Shown one piece after another: positions 25,623 through 39,978 of a stretch of DNA of 64,000 nt. Position numbers and translations under genes: made by a program. Every line of letters starts with the position of its first letter. Within the stretch, counting starts at the first letter, position 1. Source of the DNA: Octopus sinensis (lineage: Eukaryota); the NCBI RefSeq assembly GCF_006345805.1, contig NC_043002.1, positions 90,644,001 through 90,708,000 of the forward strand. The letters run 5' to 3'. The notes beneath the pieces are model-generated. The model was given only the letters and a program-made list of their open reading frames with translations. It was not told the origin of the DNA and did no database searches.

Positions 25623-27247
25623 AATTCTTATCTTTTAATAATAACTACGACAATTTGTTCTATGTGCACAAACCAGAAATATGGAAGGGATCAGTAGTTG
25701 TTTATATTGACTCCTATATTTGACAGGTATCTATTTTGTGAACCCCAGGAGGGTGAACTGCAAGGTTGACCTAAATAGGATTTGAACATAAAGGAACATA
25801 AAGGGACATCGCTAAATATCCCAAACTATTTTTTACCTGATCTCCTGCCAATTTTGCCAATCCATCCATACCCTCACTGCAATTCAATTCTAGCAATAAC
25901 AGTTACATGTAAAACATGCAACAGATACGTTTTTGTGCATATCAAATCTCCATTTCATGTACAAAGATTGTTGTAAAATATTGGTCTCCTTCCATTTCTT
26001 TATTAACCACTTCTACTTCTCTTAGACTTTCTCTGTCACTAACCTCATAATGTTTCCGCTCTTTCTGCCTCCCCGCTCTCTCAACTGCCTCCATTCAATT
26101 GTTTTCATTAAAAATACATGGTTACAAAGATTTTCTTTTTGTTTACCACCTGTATTCCTCCCAGTCTTCTAATTTCTCTATCCATATAACTTTTTCTCTG
26201 TATTATCCTTGTCATAGCATTTCCTTTCTTTCCTTTTTTTACTTCTTTCTTCTTTCTCTCTCTTTCCATCTCTTCCTTGTTGACCACCTCTCTTTCAATT
26301 GGACTTTTTCTTTTCTCTATTCTTAAAACTCTTCCTCTCACTCTTAGCCTCAGTTTATTTCCTTGCAATGCCCTCTTTCCCCTTTTCTCCCTCTTTCTCT
26401 CAACTGCTTCAATTCAATCATTTTCATTAAAGATTACAAACTTTTTGTTTGAAATACTCTTACTCTATATCTATTTATCATATCAAAATTACTCAGAAAT
26501 ATTATAATTCAACCTTCGTTCAGTAAGACACAAATGTGTATAAAACAGTATACATCTTGTATTATTTGTTTCTTCTAGAATTTTTCATTTTCTTGTATAC
26601 TAGCAGAAAACTGCTTCAAGGGTGGTGTTTCTGCAATGATATATATACCTATATATATATTAAGAAATATATTTTATGAAGGAACTATAAAACAATGGTG
26701 GAAAGGAAACTTCTAGCCAAAATGTCATGTCGAGTTGTTCTGTTCTGAGAAAGGAAATTTATTGTCTTCAAGGGAAGGTGAAAATGCAAACAAAATATGA
26801 TTGAGAAGTGTAAGAAAGAAAGAACGGAAGGAAATTATAAATAAATAAATAAATACATGAAAATATATAAATAAATAAATAAATGAAAATGAAGACAGAA
26901 GTGTAAAGTAATGGGCAATATGGATTTTAAACTGGAAAGAAGAGAAAAAAAAATCATAAATACTAGTAAATCACTTTTGATGTTTGTTAATACTTTAGAT
27001 AATAATCTCTTTTCTATATATATATATATATATATATATATGAGTGTGTGTGTGTGTGCGTGTGTGTGTTGTGTACACTGTGTATTTTGTATATGTGTCT
27101 ATGTATCTTTATGTATGTATGTAAGTATGTGATGAGTGCAGTGCTATAAACTGTGTTTGCAAACACACTGCAGGTTTTTTTTTCATGTTACTAACATTTA
27201 TATGCCGAAATATAATCTCTCTCTTACTGCTCATCAATATGCATGTG

Positions 27248-27285
<38 letters not shown>

Positions 27286-27286
27286 G

Positions 27287-27339
<53 letters not shown>

Positions 27340-27470
27340 TATATATATATATGTATATATATATATATTATATATATATATATTATATGTATATATATAT
27401 ATATACATATATATATGTATATATATATATATATATTACATATATATATATACATATATATATATTATAT

Positions 27471-29560
27471 AAGACCTGTTGAGGCAAGTGGTGTGACACT
27501 TGTGAAGACCTGTTGAGGCAGAGGCAAGTGTGTGACTTGTGGAGACCTGTTGAGGCAAGTGTGTGACACTTGTGAAGACCTGTTGAGGCAAGTGAAAATC
27601 AAACCAAATCAAAATAGATGAACATCAATGGAATTTGTATCTTTGTGGTTCCAGTACCGGTGGCACACAAGAAAACAATCCGAACGGCCGTAGCCAGTAC
27701 CGCATCGACTGGCCTCCGTGCTGTGGGCACAACAAACACCATCTGATCGTGGCCGTTCGCCAGCCTCATCTGGCACCTGTGTCGGGGCACATAAAAACAC
27801 CATCCGAAGACCGGCGACGTAGTCAGTCCACCTGTGCATACCTACCCTCTTATGACACTTGTGAAGACCTGTTGAGGCAAGTGTGTGACACTTGTGAAGA
27901 CCTGTTGAGGCAGAGGCAAGTGTGTGACACTTTGTGAAGACCTGTTGAGGCAGAGGCAAGTGTGTGACACTTGTGGAGACCTGTTGAGGCAAGTGTGTGA
28001 CACTTGTGAAGACCTGTTGAGGCAAGTGAAAATCAAACCAAATCAAAATAGATGAACATCAATGGAATTTGTATCTTTGTGGTTCCAGTACCGGTGGCAC
28101 ACAAGAAAACCATCCGAACGTGGCCGTAGCCAGTACTGCATCGACTGGCCTCCGTGCTGTAGGCACAACAAACACCATCTGATCGTGGCCGTTCGCCAGC
28201 CTCATCTGGCACCTGTGTCGGTGGCACATAAAAACACCATCCGAAGACCCGGCGACGTAGTCAGTCCACCTGTGCATACCTTCCTACTTATGACACTTGT
28301 GAAGACCTGTTGAGGCAAGTGTGTGACACTTGTGTAGACCTGTTGAGGCAAGTGAAAATCAAATCAAATCAAATCAAACCAAATCAAAATAGATGAACAT
28401 CAATGGAATTTGTATCTTTGTGGTACCAGTACCGGTGGCACACAAGAAAACCATCCGAACGTGGCCGTAGCCAGTACCGCATCGACTGGCCTCTGTGATG
28501 TGGGCACATAACAAACACCATCCGATCGTGGCCGTCCGCCAGCCTCATCTGGCACCTGTGTCGGTGGCACATAAAAACACCAACCGAAGACCCGGCAAGA
28601 CTAGTCAGGCCATAACCCGTGGCCCCTACTTGGGACGTAGTCAGTCCACCTGTGCATACCTTCCTTCCTTCTTGTGACACTTGTGAAGACCTGTGAAGAC
28701 CTGTTGAGGCAAGTGAAAATCAAATCAAATCAAATCAAAATAGATGAACATCTATGGAATTTGTATCTTTGTGGTACCAGTGCCGGTGGCACACAAGAAA
28801 ACCATCCGAACGTGGCCGTAGCCAGTACCGCATCGACTGGCCTCCGTGCTGTGGGCACGTAACAAACCATCCGATCGTGGCCGTTCGCCAGCCTCATCTG
28901 GCACCTGTGTCGGTGGCACATAAAAACACCATCCGAAGACCCGGCAAGACTAGTCAGGCCATAACCCGTGGCCCCTACCTGGGACGTAGTCAGTCCACCT
29001 GTGCATACCTTCCTTCTTGTGACACTTGTGAAGACCTGTTGAGGCAAGTGAAAATCAAATCAAAACAAATCAAAATAGATGAACATCAATGGAATTTGTA
29101 TCTTTGTGGTACCAGTGCCGGTGGCACACAAGAAAATCATCCGAACGTGGCCGTAGCCAGTACCGCATAGACTGGCCTCCGTGCTTTGGGGACGTAACAA
29201 ACACCATCCGATCGTGGCCGTCCGCCAGCCTCATCTGGCACCTGTGTCGGTGGCACATAAAAACACCATCCGAGCGTGGCCGTCTGCCAGCCTCGTCTGG
29301 CACCTGTGTCGGTGGCACATAAAAACACCATCCGAGCGTGGCCGTTCGCCAGCCTCGTCTGGCACCTGTGTCGGTGGCACATAAAATCACCCACTACACT
29401 CTCGGAGTGGTTGGTGTTAGGAAGGGCATCCAGCTGTAGAAACACTGCCAGATCTGACTGGCCTGGTGCAGCCTTCGGGCTCCCCAGTCCCCAGTTGAAC
29501 CGTCCAACCCATGCTAGCATGGAAAACGGACGCTAAATGATGATGATGATGATGATGATG
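27471..29560 (+). repeat. Tandemly amplified RTE 3' UTR (5 units of ~326-434 bp with 33-bp and ~62-bp sub-repeats) ending in the RTE (TGA)n tail
   Basis: Anchor GTGAAAATCAAA at 27592, 28026, 28352, 28713 and 29048; terminal CCGTCCAACCCATGCTAGCATGGAAAACGGACGCTAAA(TGA)n. Confidence 0.9.
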
Positions 29561-30180
29561 ATATACAAATCGAACAATATGCACACACATATACATATGT
29601 ACATACATATACATGTGTGTCTGTCATTCAACCTATATTTATAAGCCAAACTATTTTCTCATATAATGTACACTGTAGTAGTAGTGATAGTAGTAGTAGT
29701 AATAGTTGATGTTGTTGTTGTTGTTGTCTATATCGATTTAGAGTAAACTACAGTTGTGCCTCTTGAAAATCTGCACATGCAGCTATGACACTAAAAATAT
29801 GACCTGATTGCTGTGACCGTTAAATGATTTATACATAATTAACTGGAAGCTTACTATTTGCTCTACTTTTCATCGTTGCTTAATCCAAGTTTGGTTGGTG
29901 TCTGGTTTACATCATCCTGGTTCATCATTCTACGATCCAACGTTCATCATTTTATGAAGAATTGTTTATCATATATTGGTCATTCTATTACTGTATTGGC
30001 TCTCTAGTCTTGGTTATCTGATGGTTGGATGGTAGTCCAACATAGTGGACATTGGCTATCTAGTCTTGCTTGGTCAGTTGGTTATGTAAAAATGTGAGCA
30101 ATGTAGTTGAGGTGATTTGGGCATTGGCTATCTAGTCTTAGAGATATCATGTTTAGCTGGTTGTTCAATGGCATGGTAAA

Positions 30181-30940
30181 CTAGCACTCTGTCGGTTATG
30201 ATGACTAGGGTTCCAATTCATTTGATCAACAGAACAGCCTGCTTGCGAAATTAATGTGAAAGTAGCTGAGCACTCCACAGACACACATATCCTTTATGTG
30301 GTTCTCAGGGAGATTCAGCATCAGAGCTGGATTAAGACCCATTGAGGCCCTAAACACTTAAAAGATTTTGATGCCCTCATAAATGATTATGTAATTTAAA
30401 ATATAAGCAATAACAAACCATAAAATAAATTTCTATTTTTCAAAACAAAACAAAATAGTAAGAGGGAAAATAATGTTTATTTTTGTATACTTTCACTTTA
30501 TTTATATTTGAAAAGTTTCCTCCTACTTTTATAAATTGCAAAGTCTTTGACCAGATCCCCCAAACTAATCTTAGGTAACACATCTGCATCTGTACTTAGT
30601 AGAGATAAAGGCATCATGAATATTATTTTAGTAAGTTTAAAGTGGTTTCTTTTGTACTGTAAACCATTTACCATTTCTATGGTGTCCCCTCCTTCCCTTG
30701 ATGCCCTAAGCACGTGCTTATTTTGCTTAATGGTTAATCCAGTGCTGTTCAGCATGACACAGAATGTGACAAGGAAGGCTCTTTGAATTACAGGTACAAC
30801 TCATTTTTGCCACCTGAATGGGCTGGAACAATGTGAAATAAAGTGTCTCACTCAAGGATACAATGCACTGCTGGGAGCTGAACTCACAACCGTACGATCA
30901 TAAGCCAAATACTCTCACCACTAAGCCATGTGCTTTTACA
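30181..30940 (-). mobile_element. SINE with D-type head and tail y, split by a hAT MITE
   Basis: Head and core match family D; the 3' half matches 51223-51406. Confidence 0.75.
30322..30747. mobile_element. hAT MITE with perfect 8-bp TSD
   Basis: TSD TTCAGCAT at 30314-30321 and 30748-30755; TIRs CAGAGCTGGATTAA / TTAATCCAGTGCTG. Confidence 0.85.
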
Positions 30941-31179
30941 ATGACATGGTCAATGGACATTGGCTAGATTGTGTTGGCTATCACATGTTCAGTTGGTTAT
31001 CCAACAACTTGGACAATGTAGTTTAGACAAACGTTAGCTCTGTAGCTTTGGCTATTTCCCAGTCTCCTAGTCTGTTAGTTGTCCAACAATGTGGACATGT
31101 CATAGTGAATTGCTTATTTAGTCAAAGTCATTTGGTTATCAAACAATATGGACAATGAATTGAGACAACTTGAACATCT

Positions 31180-31361
31180 AGGCGCAGGAGTGGCTGTGTG
31201 GTAAGTAGCTTGTTTACCAACCACATGGTTCCGGGTTCAGTCTCACTGTGTGGCACCTTGGGCAAGTGTCTTCCACTATAGCCTCGGGCCGACCAAAGCC
31301 TTGTGAGTGGATTTGGTAGACGGAAACTGAAAGAAGCCCGTCGTTTATATGTATATATATA

Positions 31362-31392
<31 letters not shown>

Positions 31393-31605
31393 TTGTGTGT
31401 GTCTGTGTTTGTCCCCCTAGCATTGCTTGACAACCGATGCTGGTGTGTTTATGTCCCCGTCACTTAGTGGTTTGGCAAAAGAGACCGATAAAATCAGTAC
31501 TGGGCTTACAAAAGAATAAGTCCCAGGTTCGAGTTGCTCAATTAAAGGTGGTGCTCCAGCATGGCCGCATTCAAATGACTGAAACAAGTAAAAGAGTAAA
31601 TGAGT
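31180..31605 (+). mobile_element. SINE family A, full length
   Basis: AGGCGCAGGAGTGGCTGTGTGG head through to the GTAAAAGAG tail. Confidence 0.9.
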
Positions 31606-32109
31606 ATCTGCTTTCTAGTCATGGTCAGCTGGTTGTCCAGCAATGTGGACATTGTATCTGAGACAGTTTGAACATTGGCTATATTAATTTTGGGCATCTT
31701 ATGTTTAGTTAGCTGTCCAAATTGTTGCAACTATATTGACCAGTGTTGACTATCTCATGCTCTGAGACAGCTTGGATATTGGTTTCCCAGTCTATCCCAG
31801 GTTCGTTTGGTTGTCCAACACTGTAGACAATAATACAGTTATAATAATAATGGTGATAATTCAAAATAGACTGCAATCCATTAAAGTTGCATATTTGTGA
31901 ACTTGTAGACTTATTTGGGGGTAAAGTCAGATTGGTATAGCATTTCTTTCTTTCTGATTGAGCTGATCTGGGACACAAGAGTTCCCAATGAAGTTGGTCA
32001 ATTGATGCTACCATTCAATGTATCAGTTATAACATAGCCATAGGTATAGAAATTGACAGAATGGTCATGGCTGGAATATACATTGATGATAAGTGTGTTT
32101 GATCAAAAA

Positions 32110-32420
32110 TGATTGCCCCACAACTTTATCTTTCTTACACAGTACCTTCATAATCTCTTCCACCTCTGTCTCTCTCTCTCACTTTTTCCCTCTCTCCCTC
32201 TTTCTCATATTTCTCTCTAAATCTCCCTCTTTACTTTTTCATATCATTTTTCCCCTTATTTTTTTCTTCCTCTCATATTTTCATTCATTAATCCTACACA
32301 TCCACCCACTTACATCCACCCACATCCATCCACCCTTTTCATCCACCCATTTACCCACATTTTTCACAGTTTTCTTCTCTCTCTCCCCCTCACTTTATTA
32401 AATTACTCACTTCCCTCTTA

Positions 32421-32460
<40 letters not shown>

Positions 32461-33162
32461 AAAATTTGCTTTCACTTTAGTTTCCTCCTCGCCTTCTTGT
32501 CTTCCTCCCACCCTCACTCTATTACACTTCTATTCTTTCCCCATTCTCTCTCTCTCTCTCTCACTCTCTGTCTGCCTGTCTCTCTCTCTCTTCCTTTTCC
32601 TCTTGTTCAATCATTCACTTCCCTCTTACATGTCTCTCTCCCTATCTCTCTCCACCCAACTCCCCCCACATTCTCCCCTCCCACTTCCTTATCCTTGTTA
32701 TCCTTGCACTATCCCCACCATACACCTCTCACCATCATCTACACCCTACCCCTTGTGCTGCCCTCACCATCACCCCCTTAGAAGCTGCACCAAAACCATT
32801 CAACTACACTAACTTTCTACATTCCAACAATATTTTAACTTTATGCTTCAACTTTACACACTTCTACATCCACAGTCGCCCCCCCCCTGCTCCTCACAAC
32901 CACCACCACCACCACCACCACCAGCACCCCTACTATCTTGGCCAAAACATCACTCCAGCACACCATCTTCACCATCCTCACTCTCTTCCAAGACCTCCAC
33001 CATAACAACAAACAAATCAGCATACATGCACACATTCACACTTACATTATTTCACACACACACACACACACACACACATTCCTATTCTCTCTCTTTCACA
33101 CACAAACTTATCTCTCACATTCACCTTTATTCTCTTTTTCACTTTCACAGCCTTGTCTCTTT

Positions 33163-33203
<41 letters not shown>

Positions 33204-33440
33204 AAACTCTCTCTGTCTCTCACACATAACCTTCTTTTGTTCTCTTTTACTCTCTCTTTCTCTTTGCCTTATACACAGCCTTATTGTGCCTCTCTCATTT
33301 ACAATTAGACCATTATCCTCTCTCTCTCTTTCTCTACCTCTCTCTCACTTTCTCTCCCTCTCTCTCTCTTTCTCTCCCTCTCTCTCTTTCTCTCCCTCTC
33401 TCTCTCTTTCTCTCCCCCTCTCTCTCTCACACGTGCACAC
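32110..33440. repeat. Long polypyrimidine / (CT)n / (CA)n low-complexity tract
   Basis: About 1.3 kb that is nearly G-free on the + strand. Confidence 0.85.
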
Positions 33441-33836
33441 ACGTGTGGCACACAGTTTCTCTGAACTTTTACTGCTCTGTAATTCTACTCCTTCTCCAAG
33501 TTATTGTTTAGTCCCCAGGGTGACTTATAATCAAAGGAGTTCCAACCATGACCATCCAGTCATTATTTTCCAATTGATAATATTTCAAAACTACATTATC
33601 CAATATAAACCCCCAGAGTAAGGTGTGTTACGAGGGAGATTTGGTTGCTATTTCTTGCAGGTCATCTAGGTGCTTCTCTCACAAGTTGATAATTATATAA
33701 ACCCTAGCCATACATATACTCTTCACACCCACACTCTACACCCTGCCCCACTCACACACAATCTCATCTGTTGTTGTTACTACTGCTATCTTGGCACCAA
33801 TTCCTAATCCTTAATCTTTAATAAACCATTCCCACT

Positions 33837-33867
<31 letters not shown>

Positions 33868-35847
33868 CATTTTGATTCAGGAGTTATTTGAGTGAACATC
33901 ATTATATAGTCCTCTATGTATGTAGTGTAGTAACACTCCTGGTCATTATTGTCTTGGATAATAGGACCCATAAAACTGGTTATTCGGTTTACATGGCATA
34001 TAAGTGTCCAGGATCACAACATTCCTCTTGAATAAGATGCCAGATCATCACAAGGTTACGTACACATTTGCAGCTGAATAGACTGGAATGGACTGGAATG
34101 GACTGGAATGTCATGAAACGAAGTGTTTTCCTCAAGAATACAACACACTGCCTGATCTGGGAATTGAAACCATGATGTTGTGATCATGACCTTAACCATA
34201 GTAATGGATGGACCACCATTATAGAGTCCCTGCATACATATTGATTTCAAATTTTGGCTCAAGGCCAGCAATTTCAAGGGTTGGGATTAAGTCAATTACA
34301 TTGAACCCAGTGCTCAACTGGTACTTATTTTATTGACCCCAAAAGGATGAAAGCAAAGTCAACCTTGGCAGAATTTGAACTCAAAAGATGAAGATGGAGG
34401 AAATGTTGCTAAGCATTTTGCCTGACATGCTATTGATTCTGCTAGCTCACCACCTTGGTCCCTGTACACATATTAATGTACCACCATTATAGAGTCCTTG
34501 CGTATATTGTAATGGACCAGCATTATACAGTTCCTGTATACAAAGTAATGGAACACCTGTCTATATAGTAATGGCTCACCATTATATAGTCCCTGTGCAA
34601 ATAGTGGTGGACCACCTTTATGTAGCACCGATCCAATGACTTAGAATGATCCCGCATCACCACTACTAATTCTGTAGCACTTCTATGCCAAGGATATGTG
34701 GAAGTAGTCCTTGACTTAAAAGTTCTTCAAGAGAAACTGCTTGTGCTCTTCTCATCTCCTATAGAATACAAGAGTTGTTTTACTACTGACAGTGTTCTCT
34801 AACTGATAGGGTGGTGTGAGCACTTAGCAACATTCTACATATCAAATGCCCAATCTTGGCTTAAGCTTCATCCAAGATTTCAGTTCAAAGACACAAGCTT
34901 CAGAAAAACGAATGTCTCACATGATGGATGCCAAAGCTAGATCCTCTTCATTTTGTATCATTGTCATCTCTGTCAGAATAGTCCAGATATTTCTGAAGGT
35001 GTGTCAACCTAGGTGCATGCTTGTACCTCACAGTTTTCCTGAAGGAGGTTGAGTGATACCTTTTCTCAAACCCTATTGGGCACATCTTTCAGATTCCATG
35101 CTGATACCCAGGCCACGCATATTTACATATAAAACAGAACAATAAAACAGAACAATAAAAAGTGGAAGAAAAGGCCCCTTACCCTGCATTTGTCTATCAA
35201 GGCCTTTGTAAGGGCTCTACATAATCTTTGTCATTTAGGAAAAGTTTCCTGAGAGAACAATACATATCTGGTGTGATTCTCACCAGAAATCTCCCCTGAA
35301 GTAAAAATTTTTATCTTTATTAGAATATAAAGACTCCATGAACTTATTCTTGTTTTGAAGAACTGCATAAATGAGAAGTTTGCTGGTGAGTTGTTGTTGT
35401 GTATTTGTAATTTCTTTCAGTTCTTGTTGCTGCTGATGCTGTTGTTTTTGTTTTTGTTGTTGCTTTTCTTGGTGTGTCTTTTGCTATTGCTGGGGTTGAT
35501 GTAGTTTGTTTTTCTGATGATATTGTTGTTTGTGTTGTTGTTGTTGCTGTTGTTGTTATTGGTCTTATTGGCTGATTTGACTTGTGTAATCAGGTCTTCT
35601 GGAGCGTGGTTTGTGCTGCTGTCATTTTTGGTTTGGAGGGTCAAACTAGCAGATTTATCTCTTCAACCTCACTTGCTTTTGAATGCCTTTTCTGCAAGGT
35701 ACCAGTATGTCCTGTGGTCAATACATTCGCCAAAAAATTTTTCAAACCAGTGCCCCAGCATGACCACAGTCTAATGACTGAAACAAGCAAAAAATAAAAT
35801 ATATGACAAGGATCTCTCTACTTTGGTCCCTGTGGGGCTGCATGTTG

Positions 35848-36026
35848 GTATGCCGCTACGTTCTGAGTTCAAATTCCGCCAAGGTCGACTTTGCCTTTCA
35901 TCCTTTTGGGGGTCGATAAAATTAAGTACCAGTTATGCACTGGGGTCGATGTAATCGACTTAATACCTATGTCTGTCCTTGCTTGTCTCCTCTTTGTTTA
36001 GCCCCTTGTGGGTAGTAAAGAAATAG
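35848..36026 (+). mobile_element. SINE family B (tail 1), 5'-truncated
   Basis: Core plus TTAGCCCCTTGTGGGTAGTAAAGAAATA tail. Confidence 0.8.
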
Positions 36027-36323
36027 ATATAATGTGATTATGATAAACTTATTTGATAAGCAACCATCTTTCTGTTGCAAACAGCAACAACTGTCTCGTG
36101 CTGTTTACCTCTTGTTAGCTTAGGCTTCTTACAGGCATTTTCCCACTTGTGTTGAAGTGGGAAACTGATGTTTTCTTCCTTTTCTTGTTATACTCTTATA
36201 GAAAATGGGATTTTGGGGGATGCTTTGTACCTTAGTTATAGAAAGTTTCATCAGTCCTTGGCATATAATATCTCATTTATATTTTTAGCCTTTTCTTTCT
36301 TACATCCTAATGACTACTTACCC

Positions 36324-37816
36324 CAGTGGTTCTTAACCGTTTTCTTGTCTGTGAACCTCTTTGATTTCTGTTTTACTCTACTGGAACCCTATGGCTATTC
36401 AATGTTTGAAAAAATCCAATTATACAATTTTGCACACCTGTGTAATTTACGTGGGTGATAGTCAGGATAAAATTTGTTAAAAAAAGCTTCTACTCTTGTA
36501 AAATTCACATCCAAAAATTTTCAGAGTTGCTGATATAGCCAGAGGAAAAAGGTTTTCAGTTTAGTTGTATTTAGCATAATTTCCCTTATGATTAGATTGT
36601 ATTAAATTTTCATTAATTAAAAAAACTTTCTGTTTAACAGGTATTACATTGAAAGCTATTAAATTACAAAGTGTTTGTGTAGTTTATAATAAATTTTATT
36701 TTGCATTTCTTGCCCACAAGAGATTAAGTCTGATATTTAGCATACTGCTGTATGTCTTCTCAAATCACGAGCACAGGAAAAGTTTTTGATAAGAATTACC
36801 CACAAAAACAAAGCTGATAAATACACACAGGTGTTGCAAATTAAGTTTAATTACCAATAAACATCAGCTTGGATGACACTTTGTTCAGCCAACAGAGGAA
36901 GGTGACTGATCAAACTGATTATGTAAACAATTCTTTTCAACATATTTTCGTTGGAACCTTTGATATGGAGTGTCGAAATTTTAATCCCTTTCGCACTTAT
37001 AAAATGTCAAGCAGACTTAAAAATTTGTCATTACCATTATTGTCAGTATGAGCAGAATTTATGAATCGTTCATTGCAAAGGAGAAATTAAAAATGTTGAA
37101 TATGCATTTGAACCTGGCAATAGAGCTGCCTTTTAATGTTACTGAAGCCAATGTTCAAAATTGGCGTACAGAGTACGACAAACTTAAAACTGTGTCTAAT
37201 AATAATCAGGCAAAAATGAAAAAATACAATTAGCATTATCCATATCATTACATTTTTTGGTCAGGAATATCCATATCACTATGTACGTCAATGGTGTTCC
37301 ATTATGATAAGTAGAGACTCCAAGCAATGTAAAATCTGGCCTGGGCCGTGTTTACCAGCATGAATGTCAGACTTCAAAAAGTAGTTAGTCATTTAGTGGT
37401 TTTAGTAAATTTAAACAGAAAAAGAAAGCATTATACCGTCCAGCATAAATAAAAGTTAAATTCATTATATTTAAGCCATTATTTTTCTGCAAAAACCTAT
37501 TCTGACATTAAATGAGTCAACTTCCGATATGAGTGTTTACATTTTGTACGTCGTCTTTCAACAAAAGAATAATTTCATAAAATTCTGGAGATGTAATTTA
37601 TGCATAAATTTATGCATAAATTACATGGGTTTTTATGGTAATTAATGTTATTGTTCCAGCATCAAAGCAGTGCTCCAGTATCAAGGCAATGCTCCAGCAT
37701 GGCCACAGTCAAATAACTGAAACATTCTTTAAAAGAATAAAAGACTATTTTGTGTATTATAGAAGTATAAGCAATATGACCCCAAAAGCCACATGGACCT
37801 TGGTTGGGAACCACTG
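36324..37816. mobile_element. hAT-like MITE (related to ~24262-24382, 42003-42255, ~45285-45460) interrupted by a pogo-like remnant
   Basis: CAGTGGTTCTTAACC / GGTTGGGAACCACTG termini; no TSD recognised. Confidence 0.55.
37048..37233 (+). pseudogene. pogo-family transposase N-terminal Brinker-type HTH remnant
   Basis: Frameshifted SFIAKEKLK / VEYAFEPGNRAA / FNVTEANVQNWR resembles the Brk-type DNA-binding domain of pogo transposases. Confidence 0.6.
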
Positions 37817-39104
37817 GTTTAATTCATTCACTGCTGGTTATCACAGCAGACTAAATTTTTGTTTTGGTTTCATTGCCATCATCATTGGTGACAGCATTGG
37901 TGTTGTCAGCATCAGCAGCATCTCCCTTTGAAAATCACATGCAGATGACATGGGTGTGTTTTCCTCTCTGATGTCATTTGTCATTGTAATGGTTATCATC
38001 CCAGCATTTCTAGCAAGATAGTTGTTTGATGTCATTGTAGCCCTCTCCTTTTCTTTTTCATGTAAACATTCTTTCGTTCTCTCTTTATTATATTCCTGGG
38101 TGGTGGATATCTTCATTTTCTCACAAATATCTGGTACATTATTTGTAACAATTTCAGCTTGTGTTTTGGCTGAGCCTTCAGTTTTAAAAGGCCAGCAGAT
38201 AGTATCTTAACTTTTCCCTTTATTGACTGAAAGGAATTTTCCTGAGATGTCCTGAAGTGCCTTTTGTAATTCTTATCCTGATGGATAATTAAGTCCCCTT
38301 CCACAGCAAGTAATTTTGCTCTTTGCTCTCTTAGATTAGTTCCTGGGGCCAAAAACTACTCTTTGGTCTTACAAAATTTTCCCCAGTACTTTTTTTCATG
38401 GAAGTTTAAAAATTATGCTTGTTTTGTTTTTTGCATAATTGAGGTAAGGTTTGGTTTAACAGAGCTACTATATGAACAATTTCAAGTGTAAATATTGCTG
38501 TCTTTGAAACCACCTGTTAGACTGTTTGGAATATTCTTGTATATTAATTTTTCTTTTAATTTTTAATTTTTTTTTCTTTTTGTTAATTCGGTTATTTTTT
38601 GGCTGTTTTAGCTTTTTCTTTGTTGGCTGTTGCAAAATTTTGTCGTACTGTTTTTGTATTGGGTTGCTTTGAAAGTGAAAATATTGTATACATAAATAAA
38701 TAAATAAGAAAAAGGCTGTAAAAACAAACCTTCTTCTTAATTGTCTACCCTCCAGGTATAGAGGACAGGATTTCCTCAGAGTATTATAATCCTTTTTAGC
38801 AAGTAATCCAAAGAAAATTCATTTACTTATGCTATAAATATAGTCTAACTTCAGAGCTAAGTAAACAAACATGTGTACGCTTCGAGAACTAATAATAATA
38901 ATGATAATAATAATAATAATAATAATCTACTTCCCATAATACTTCCTTAAATATCTGTAAAATAAGCAAAATAATTCTCCTTCTCAACCCTACAACTGAT
39001 GCTTCACCCCTATCATATGTGTATGTATGTATGTATGGACATGTATGTGTGCATATGTGTATGTGCACATAGAAGCACATGCTTACACACACATGCATGC
39101 ACAC

Positions 39105-39170
<66 letters not shown>

Positions 39171-39802
39171 GACCCTTATTATAACAGACTGATGTTATCC
39201 TGGAATACAAGTTCTTCATTAGCAGGAATTCTGTAGATGGTTACTGGCATACTTACCAAGGATGGTATTTCACCCAAACTGCTGGAATCTTACATCCAGC
39301 AGCCCTTAGGCATCAGTCCCTCTACATTGCTCATTTTCTTCATTTATTTATTTATTTATTTATTTATTTACCTTTTCTGCTTCTCTCATGCAATATTGAG
39401 AGACTTAGCTATTTATTGCTCACAAATTCCTTCCCAATATAACCCTGCTTTCTTCCATAGCAACCAAATATAGTTTATTCGCATTCTATTCTCACAACCA
39501 GGTGAAGAACTTACACTGGCATTGTATTTTGCATGCATACACATATGTGTGTGTGTACTCCATTCACCTCCCCTATAACATATACACATACACATTAACA
39601 CACATGCACACACACACATACGTGCACACACCACAGTGGCACTATCATAACAGGATTGTTAGATGTAATTTCAGCATAAAGTGACAAATGTCACACTGTT
39701 TTCCTATTATGGAAACAACTCAAAATACCCAAATGCATTAATTATTTGGGAAATACATTTCTAAAGCTCATTCCAGTGGGGACACACTCGCACATACATA
39801 CA

Positions 39803-39850
<48 letters not shown>

Positions 39851-39978
39851 TATACATACATATGTATATATACATATAAACACATATACACACACACACA
39901 TATGTATACACACTCATGCACACATGCAACTTTACATTCATTGCTTTTCTGCCATTCTTTGAGGAGCTAAATATATTT

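Noticed and set aside
27471-28360. 33-bp repeats resembling a CRISPR array
   Set aside because: The repeats are directly adjacent or separated by repeated rather than unique sequence, there are no cas genes, and the context is a eukaryotic RTE 3' UTR.
27599-29536. Many overlapping 60-145 aa ORFs
   Set aside because: By-products of the GC-rich tandem repeat; no domain, and frames are not conserved between units.
32938-33621. 227-aa ORF and other HT/YI/CV/SL-rich ORFs across the window
   Set aside because: Translations of microsatellites.
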